Below are positions 54,365-64,000 of a DNA stretch of 64,000 nt, in pieces. The DNA is taken from positions 1,792,001 to 1,856,000 of the forward strand of contig CM000154.2 in NCBI GenBank assembly GCA_000004695.1, in the 5' to 3' direction. The notes under the pieces were generated by a model that had not been told where the DNA came from, did not search any database, and worked only from the letters and a program-made list of their open reading frames with translations. Position 1 is the stretch's first letter, and every line of letters starts with the position of its first letter. The stretch comes from Dictyostelium discoideum (Eukaryota). A program made the position numbers and the translations under genes.

Positions 54365-54376
54365 TAAACCATAAAT
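54365..54376 (+). promoter_or_regulatory. DUSE-like upstream element (TAAACCATAAAT) about 55 nt upstream of the U1 snRNA start
   Basis: It resembles the Dictyostelium upstream sequence element ([A/T]CCCA[C/T]AA) reported about 60 nt upstream of snRNA and class I RNA genes, as I recall it. It is one C shorter than the consensus. Confidence 0.35.
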
Positions 54377-54429
54377 GATTTTATTATTAATGTTAATTTA
54401 AATAGAGTTTAAACTTTTTTTTTAAAACC

Positions 54430-54596
54430 ATACTTACCAGTCATTATCAATATGTGATCATAAAGGCATATTTGATTTCAAAGATTTCAGACCATTGCAC
54501 TTTAAGGTTTGGTTTTTGTATGATCTTCCACAAAGAGGATTCAAGTGACAAATTTATGGTAGTCGTGGATGTTGCGCTAGCGCACTTCCACAACAC
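54430..54596 (+). ncRNA. U1 spliceosomal snRNA gene
   Basis: The 5' end AUACUUACC is the 5'-splice-site recognition sequence. Stem-loop I has the loop GAUCAUAAAGG (human GAUCACGAAGG, U1-70K site). Stem-loop II has the loop CAUUGCACUUUAAGG (human CAUUGCACUCCGG, U1A site). The Sm site is AAUUUAUGG (human AAUUUGUGG). A GC-rich terminal hairpin follows (GUGGAUGUUGCGCUAGCGCACUUCCAC). The gene is an island of about 45% GC in AT-rich intergenic DNA between ragA and bud13. Confidence 0.72.
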
Positions 54597-54676
54597 CCCC
54601 TAATTAATTTTAATGAAAAAAAAATAATAATAATAATAATACCCCAAATTTAGGAAGTGTTTATTTTTTTTATTTT

Positions 54677-54710
<34 letters not shown>

Positions 54711-54725
54711 TTATTTTTATATATA

Positions 54726-56153
54726 CTACATATCTTCAACACTCCAATAATAAGATTCTTCAGCTAAATTTTGATTTCTTGATTGTTTTGAGATGAATTC
54801 TTTTTCGAAACCATTACTACGATCAATACCATCCCATCTATAACCGGGTTTAATATTGAAACGATTTGAAGGATAAGGACCTTTGTATTCTGGTTTTTTG
54901 TCTATATCATTTTTATTTGATTTTTTTGATTTCTTTTTTCTACCACTACCACCACCTCCTCCTAGTAATGCCATTGGATCACCCCATCTATCTTTATCGA
55001 TTTGTTCACTATTTAAATCTTCATCATCGATGTATCTTGATAATGGTTTATTGATATCACGTTGAATACGTTCTCTTTCCTCTTCCTCTTTTTTCTTTTT
55101 AACTTTACCAATACCCCATTCCATATCTTTCTCTAATTCAATTTGTTCCTCTAATCTCTTTTTCTCGAGATCCATCTCTTTTTGTTTCTTTGGATCAACC
55201 TTTTTACCTGTAATTTTATCACGATATACTGTTTCTGCATTTCTACCCATCATTCTTTGTTGTTCTCTTAAAAATGTTTCCTTTTGTTCTTTATGTTTTT
55301 TATTCTCTTCTTCCTCTTCTTCTTCTTGTTCTTTTTTACTTTTAATTTCATCAAATGTTCTCTTTCTTGGTGGTGATAAATCTTCATTACTATTTCTATT
55401 TCTATTTCTTGGTGGTGATAAATCATTATTATTATTATTATTTCTATTTCTAGGTGGTGATAAATCTTTATTATTATTATTATTATTATTATTTCTATTT
55501 CTTGGTGGTGATAAATCATCATAATTATTGTTATTATTTCTATTTCTATTTCTTAGTGGAGATAGATCCTCATTGTTATTTCTATTTCTTGGTGGTGATA
55601 AATCTTCATTATTGCTACTACTATTCCTATTTCTTGGTGGTGATAAATCTTCATTATTATTATTATTATTATTATTATTGTTGTTGTTTCTATTTCCACT
55701 ATCACTTGAACTTTTATTTATACCAAATGAAATATTACTACTACCACCAATATTCTTTTTGGTAGTGGGAGGTTCAATCGTTATCCATTGTGATGTTGAT
55801 GATGTTGATGACGATGAAGAAGGAGGAGGTTTAAAATTGAATTGATCACTATTTACAATTAAAGGTTTATCATCTTCATCTTCTTCATTATCATTGTCAT
55901 CATCATAGTTATTGTTATTACTATTATTATTATTATTATTATTATTAAATTTATTTATTAAATTCTTTCTTTTATTTTCATTTGCATCTTTTGATATTAT
56001 TTCTTGTTGTTCATCTATGTCTACAATTTTATTACCTGTAGATACCAATACTTTCTTTTTCTTTTTTTTTTTTTCTTTATTACCGCCGCTTCTATTTGAT
56101 TCATCATTTGATTGTTCGTTTGGTGTTAAATATTTCTTTAAATATTCATTCAT
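54726..56153 (-). CDS. bud13: BUD13/CWC26 pre-mRNA splicing (RES complex) factor homolog, 475 aa, single exon
   Basis: The N-terminus is MNEYLKKYL (human ...KAEYLKRYL). The centre has about nine degenerate (N)[11 protein letters not shown] repeats (compare human DLSPPRR repeats). The C-terminus has [32 protein letters not shown] and [26 protein letters not shown]...YYWSVEDM*, near-identical to the BUD13 C-terminus. Confidence 0.85.
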   Translation of the reverse strand: MNEYLKKYLTPNEQSNDESNRSGGNKEKKKKKKKVLVSTGNKIVDIDEQQEIISKDANENKRKNLINKFNNNNNNNNSNNNNYDDDNDNEEDEDDKPLIVNSDQFNFKPPPSSSSSTSSTSQWITIEPPTTKKNIGGSSNISFGINKSSSDSGNRNNNNNNNNNNNNEDLSPPRNRNSSSNNEDLSPPRNRNNNEDLSPLRNRNRNNNNNYDDLSPPRNRNNNNNNNNKDLSPPRNRNNNNNNDLSPPRNRNRNSNEDLSPPRKRTFDEIKSKKEQEEEEEEENKKHKEQKETFLREQQRMMGRNAETVYRDKITGKKVDPKKQKEMDLEKKRLEEQIELEKDMEWGIGKVKKKKEEEERERIQRDINKPLSRYIDDEDLNSEQIDKDRWGDPMALLGGGGGSGRKKKSKKSNKNDIDKKPEYKGPYPSNRFNIKPGYRWDGIDRSNGFEKEFISKQSRNQNLAEESYYWSVEDM

Positions 56154-56201
56154 TATTTTTTGCTGTTTTGTTGCTTTAAATTATTTTTTATAAAAATCAT
56201 T

Positions 56202-56252
<51 letters not shown>

Positions 56253-56760
56253 TAAAAAAATTCTTTTGACAAAAATTTATCTGACAACAGATATCCAAAA
56301 AAAAAAAGATATTAAAAACAAATAAAAAATAAATAAAAATCGGAAAATAAAAAGTTGATTTGTTTGATTGTAATTTATTTGAAAATGATCAAAAAAAAAT
56401 GAAATTTATTTATTAAAAAAGATAAATAAAAATAAAAGAATAAAAATATTTTTTTTTTTATTTTTTTTTTTTTTTTTATTGTTTTATTTTTTTATTTTTT
56501 TATTTTTCAAATTGAATATGCAGGTATAATATATATATATATTTATTTCATTATATAATATATTTTCAACAAAGAATTAATAGTCAAAAAGTAAAATATT
56601 TTGTCATTTTGTTTTTAAAAAAACAATAAATAAATAAAATAAAATAAAAAAAACCGATAATTTCCAATGATGAAAAGGGAAAAAAAAAAAAATATCTTTT
56701 TTAAATTAAAACTTTTTTTTTTTTTGAATTAAATTTATTTATTTTTTATTTATTTTTATT

Positions 56761-56803
<43 letters not shown>

Positions 56804-57252
56804 CATTTATTTTTTGACCCTTAATACTTCCTATATATTAATTACGTGTTGTCTTTAAAAATTCATTACCACTATATTTATTTGTTATAATAATTACAAT
56901 TAATTAAACTATTCTCATTCACAAATTTGTGTGTTTTTTATTTTTTTTTTTTTTTTTTTATTTTTTTTGTTTTGTCTAAAAATTTTTTATTTTTATTTTT
57001 ATTATTTAAAATATTTAACACAAAAAATTTTTTATCATTGCTCGTTCATAAAATATCTTTTTTTTTTTTTTTTTTCAAATAAATTTTAAAATAAATTAAA
57101 TAAAAAAATTAAAATTTTAAAAAAAAAAAAAATTTTAAAAAAAATTAAAATAATAAATAATTAATAATCAATAATAAATAATAAATAATAGATAATAAAT
57201 AATAAATATAAATAATAAATAACAAGTAATAATAATAATAACAATTATAATA

Positions 57253-60183
<2,931 letters not shown>

Positions 60184-60259
60184 TAAAAAATATAAACCAA
60201 AAAGAAAAATATTTATTGTAAAGATCACAAAATATTTTGTTTAAAAAAAAACAAGTTGC

Positions 60260-60290
<31 letters not shown>

Positions 60291-60459
60291 TTTTATTTTA
60301 TTTTTAATTTATTTCTGTTAGGTTAATTTATAATAGTTATTTAATTATTTACTTGATTTTTGGTTTTTTTTTTTTCTTTTCTTTTTTTTTTTTTTTTTTT
60401 TTTTTTTGAATATCCCAATTTTTTTTTTTGAATATCCCAATTTTTTTTTTTTTTTTTAC

Positions 60460-61519
60460 TCAATTAAATGTTTTTAATATATTTTGATAAGAATTAACAG
60501 TATAATTTTGTTCATCCATTTTTTCCCACCTGTGTACACAATCTCTTAACCAAGCGAAATGAACAACTTTAATATTTGGATTTTTTAAAGCTTGTTGTGC
60601 TTTTGAAGTTCCTTCTTTAATGAAAATTAAATGAGTAGTTGTTGAATCAATTTCCAAAGAGATTTTAGCACCAAAAGATTCAGTAATTTTTGAAACTCTT
60701 GTATGGCACAATTTTGATGGATCAATTTGTTTTGGAAATATACCACTAAATACAATATTACAATCCATCAAAACTGAACTTCTAATTTCATCAATAATCG
60801 ATTTAACATGAATTGTATTAATATCACCTCTAGATAAGAATTCTCCTTGAATTGCCGGTAACAATCCTGAAAACATATCCAAGTATGGTGTATTTGTAAA
60901 AATATTTGTTGTGATATTGGTGTTGGTGTTGGTGTTGGTGTTGGTGTTGTTTGATGAAGATGGTGATAAAAAAGACGATGATGATGATAATGATAATGAT
61001 GATGATGATGATGATGATGATGGTGATTGTTGCTGTACATTTGATAATATTAATTGATTATTATTAAAATTATTATTATTTATAGGTTCTGAAATATTTG
61101 GAAATGGATAAGCTTTTGATAATTCTTGAAATGAGAATGGATATTGATAAATTGGTGTAAAATCTTGAATTTCATTATTTCCATAATTTCTACCACTAGT
61201 ATTACTACTATTTGTATTAAAGAATTTAAAAGTATCAAGTAATATTAAATTATCTTGAAAATTTCTCCAAACATCCTCTCTATCATCCAATATTATCATT
61301 TGATTAATTGCTTCGAAATTAAATATTTTACTAAAATTTTGATTATTAAATACAATATATGGTTTACCAATTGAATTTATTGGTGGTAATGGTTCAACTG
61401 GTTCTATAACTTCTTTTGTTATTACTTTTGTAAAAATTGATCTATTTGGATCTAAAATTAATGCTAATTGTTCAACATCTTATAAAAAAATAAAATTAAA
61501 TTAATTATTAATTATTGAT

Positions 61520-61562
<43 letters not shown>

Positions 61563-61924
61563 TCTTACAATATTTTGGATGAAAAGAATATAAATAAATT
61601 TTAAATTGAGAAGAAAGGGATGAAAGGAATTCTATTGCATTTGGTCTTTGTTTAACATAAAATGTTTCATTTGTTTCAGTGATTGTAAATTTGTTAATTG
61701 AATTATCTTTTAAGTAATAACTTTCAGCATTTGGATCTTTGGTTGAATGTAATAATGTATGATCAATATCAACTATTAAATACATTTTTGGTGAGCCATT
61801 ACTTGATTTTGATTCAAAATTTGGATTAATCCATGATCCATCTTTTGTTAGTAAACTTTTAATTTTCATTTCTACATTTTGACTTAATCCAACTAATTCA
61901 CTAAATTTGGATTTTGGTGGTTGC

Positions 61925-61982
<58 letters not shown>

Positions 61983-63507
61983 GGTTATTTACATTATTAT
62001 TATTATTATTATTGTTATTATTATTATTAACACCATTATTATTAATAATATTATTATTTGAAGATGGTGATAATAAATTATTTTTAGAATTGGTTGAAAT
62101 TGGTGATGGTTGTTGTAGTTGATTTTGATTTAATGAAGGTGAACCATTTGAAAGTGGTTGTTTTGGAGAAGTCATACCTGGTGTACTATTGTTACTGTTT
62201 CCACTATTTTGTTTAGTTGAAGAAGAGGAAGAGGTAGAAGAATATTTCTTTTTATCTCTATCACTTGATCTGTCTCTTTTTGAAGATTTACTACTCTTTG
62301 AATATCTTGATCTTGAAGATGATCTTGAAGATGATCTTTTTCTATAGGAACTTCTTCTACTTGATCTTGATCTACTACGAGAGGAATCTGAATAACTTGA
62401 ACTTCTTGATCTTTTCGATCTTGAATATCTTCCACTATATCTATCTCTTGATCTTGATCTACTATAATCGTCACTTGATGAATCATTTCTACTTTTACTT
62501 CTACTTTTACTTCTACTTCTACTTCTACTTCTACTTCTACTTCTACTTCTACTTGAACTGTAACTCCTTCTTGAATATCTTTTTGATCTACTACTTCTAC
62601 TACTACTATATCTGCTACTGCTACTATATTTTTTACTACTACTACTACTTTTATAAGACGAACGATGACTTCTACTATGACTTCTACTTCTTGAAGAATT
62701 TGAGCGACTTCTTGAACGAGATGATGACGATGGTGATGGAGATGATGATGATGAAGATGATCCTCTTCTTCTGTGATTTCTACTTCTACTTCTTCTTCTT
62801 CTTCTGCTGCTATATCTATTACCATATCTATCTCTTGATCTTGAACGACTTGAGCTATAACCTCTTCTTCTTCTTGATCTTGATCTCGATCTTGAACTAT
62901 CATCACTATAACCTCTACTTCTTTTCTTTTCTTTGAATTTTTTATAATCTCTTAATGATTCCTCAAAATCCAAATCCTCCTTTTTATTATTCTCTGAAAA
63001 TGCCAAAGGCATATATAATCTATCACCAACAATTGATGGATACGCTATACTTTCAGGTCTATTATAAGTTACAATACCATTACCACTACTTCTCAATACA
63101 ACATTGGCAACCGTTGTTCCATTACCAGTTACAATCATTGGTTCATTATCTACAACATGATAATCAATAACTTCACCACTACCAACATTGGCAACTACAA
63201 TGCCACCCACTTCATTATTTGGATCCATATAATAATATTGTGTTGGCTCAACTATTGATTCCACTTCTTTACCATTTATTATTATTGTTGTTGTTGATTT
63301 TGAAGTTATGGAGGTTGATAATTCTTTATTTTCTGTACATGTTAAATCTTGATTTTTTTGATCTTTTAATTTTTCTTGATTTTTGGTGGTATCTGTGGTT
63401 GAATCTTGACTTTTTCCCACTTCAACTAATTTTTCATCTTCAACAATTTCCCCATCACTAATTTCTTCACCATTTTCTTTGGAGATTTTATTTTCCTTTG
63501 ATTTCAT
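60460..63507 (-). CDS. FCP1-like RNA polymerase II CTD phosphatase (FCP-homology domain + BRCT) with a long N-terminal Arg/Ser (RS) domain, 984 aa. Exons 63507..61569 and 61478..60460.
   Basis: ORF 61522..63507 contains about 250 aa of SRSRSR/RSSS repeats, then the FCPH catalytic motif (YLIVDIDHTLLHST) and FYVKQRPNAIEFL. Donor T|gtaaga at 61568 and acceptor ataag|AT join it in frame to ...YVEQLALILDPNRSIF...MIILDDREDVWRNFQDNLILLDTFKFF (FCP1 MVVVIDDRGDVWDWNPNLIKVVPYEFF). A BRCT domain follows (IVFSGIFP...THLIFIKEGTSKAQQALKNPNIKVVHFAWLRDC). Confidence 0.78.
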
Positions 63508-63793
63508 AATATTTAATTATTATTTTTTTTTTTTTTAAAAAAAAAAAAAATAAAAAATAATAATAGTGTAAAAGTGAAATTATTGGGTATTGGTTATTTT
63601 ACAATAATAGTTTTTTTTTTTTTATTTTTTTTTTATTTTTTTTTTTATTTTTTTTTTTCAGTCAGATAAAAGTCGTTTAAATTTTTTTGAATTTTAATTT
63701 TTTTTTCTTTTTTTTCTCGCAAACCGTTGTTTCATTTTTGCGTTTTTTCCAATCTTTTTTTATTAATTGAAAAAAAAATTTTTTTAGATTTTG

Positions 63794-63829
<36 letters not shown>

Positions 63830-64000
63830 AATTTAGAATAAAATTTTTATTCACAGATTTGGAAAAAGTGAAAAAACAAATTAAGAATAAATTTTTTTTT
63901 TTTTTATTTAAATCAATAAAACAATAAAGAATGAAATTTTTTTTTTTATTTAAATTGATTTCCAAAAATAAAATTATACAACAAAACTAACCAATTTTAA

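Overview
The window is AT-rich eukaryotic nuclear DNA with the hallmarks of Dictyostelium discoideum. Coding regions carry long (CAA)n, (AAT)n and (TCA)n tracts (polyQ/N/S), genes sit about one per 2.5 kb on both strands, and introns are short (70-300 nt), AT-rich, and bounded by GTAAGT/GTATGT ... (T)nAG. I reconstructed about 24 protein-coding genes by hand, joining the supplied ORFs across canonical splice sites and checking that phase, length and protein-family alignment agree. Recognisable products include tandem paralogs of RNA polymerase III subunit RPC31/POLR3G, a GNAT acetyltransferase, pyrroline-5-carboxylate reductase, an mRNA cap (guanine-N7) methyltransferase-like gene, the sterol glucosyltransferase ugt52 (GRAM/PH/FYVE/GT1), a twin-Cx9C protein, an Ariadne-type RBR E3 ligase, a STRIP/FAM40/Far11 homolog, a DUSP-UBL protein, a Hook homolog, a short-tailed class-I myosin (probably myoE), a UBL-vWA-E2 fusion, a TMEM120 homolog, RagA GTPase, BUD13, a polyQ bZIP factor and an FCP1-like CTD phosphatase with an RS domain. 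Non-coding features are a U1 spliceosomal snRNA gene with an upstream DUSE-like box, a 100-nt N gap, and many microsatellites, several inside introns. I found no transposons, no tRNA genes and no prokaryote-style systems. The most unusual items are domain architectures: a UBL-vWA-UBC E2 fusion, a DUSP-UBL protein with no USP catalytic domain, an RS-domain-bearing FCP1, and an RNMT-like methyltransferase with a degenerate SAM motif. All exon boundaries come from manual translation and should be confirmed against cDNA or RNA-seq data.
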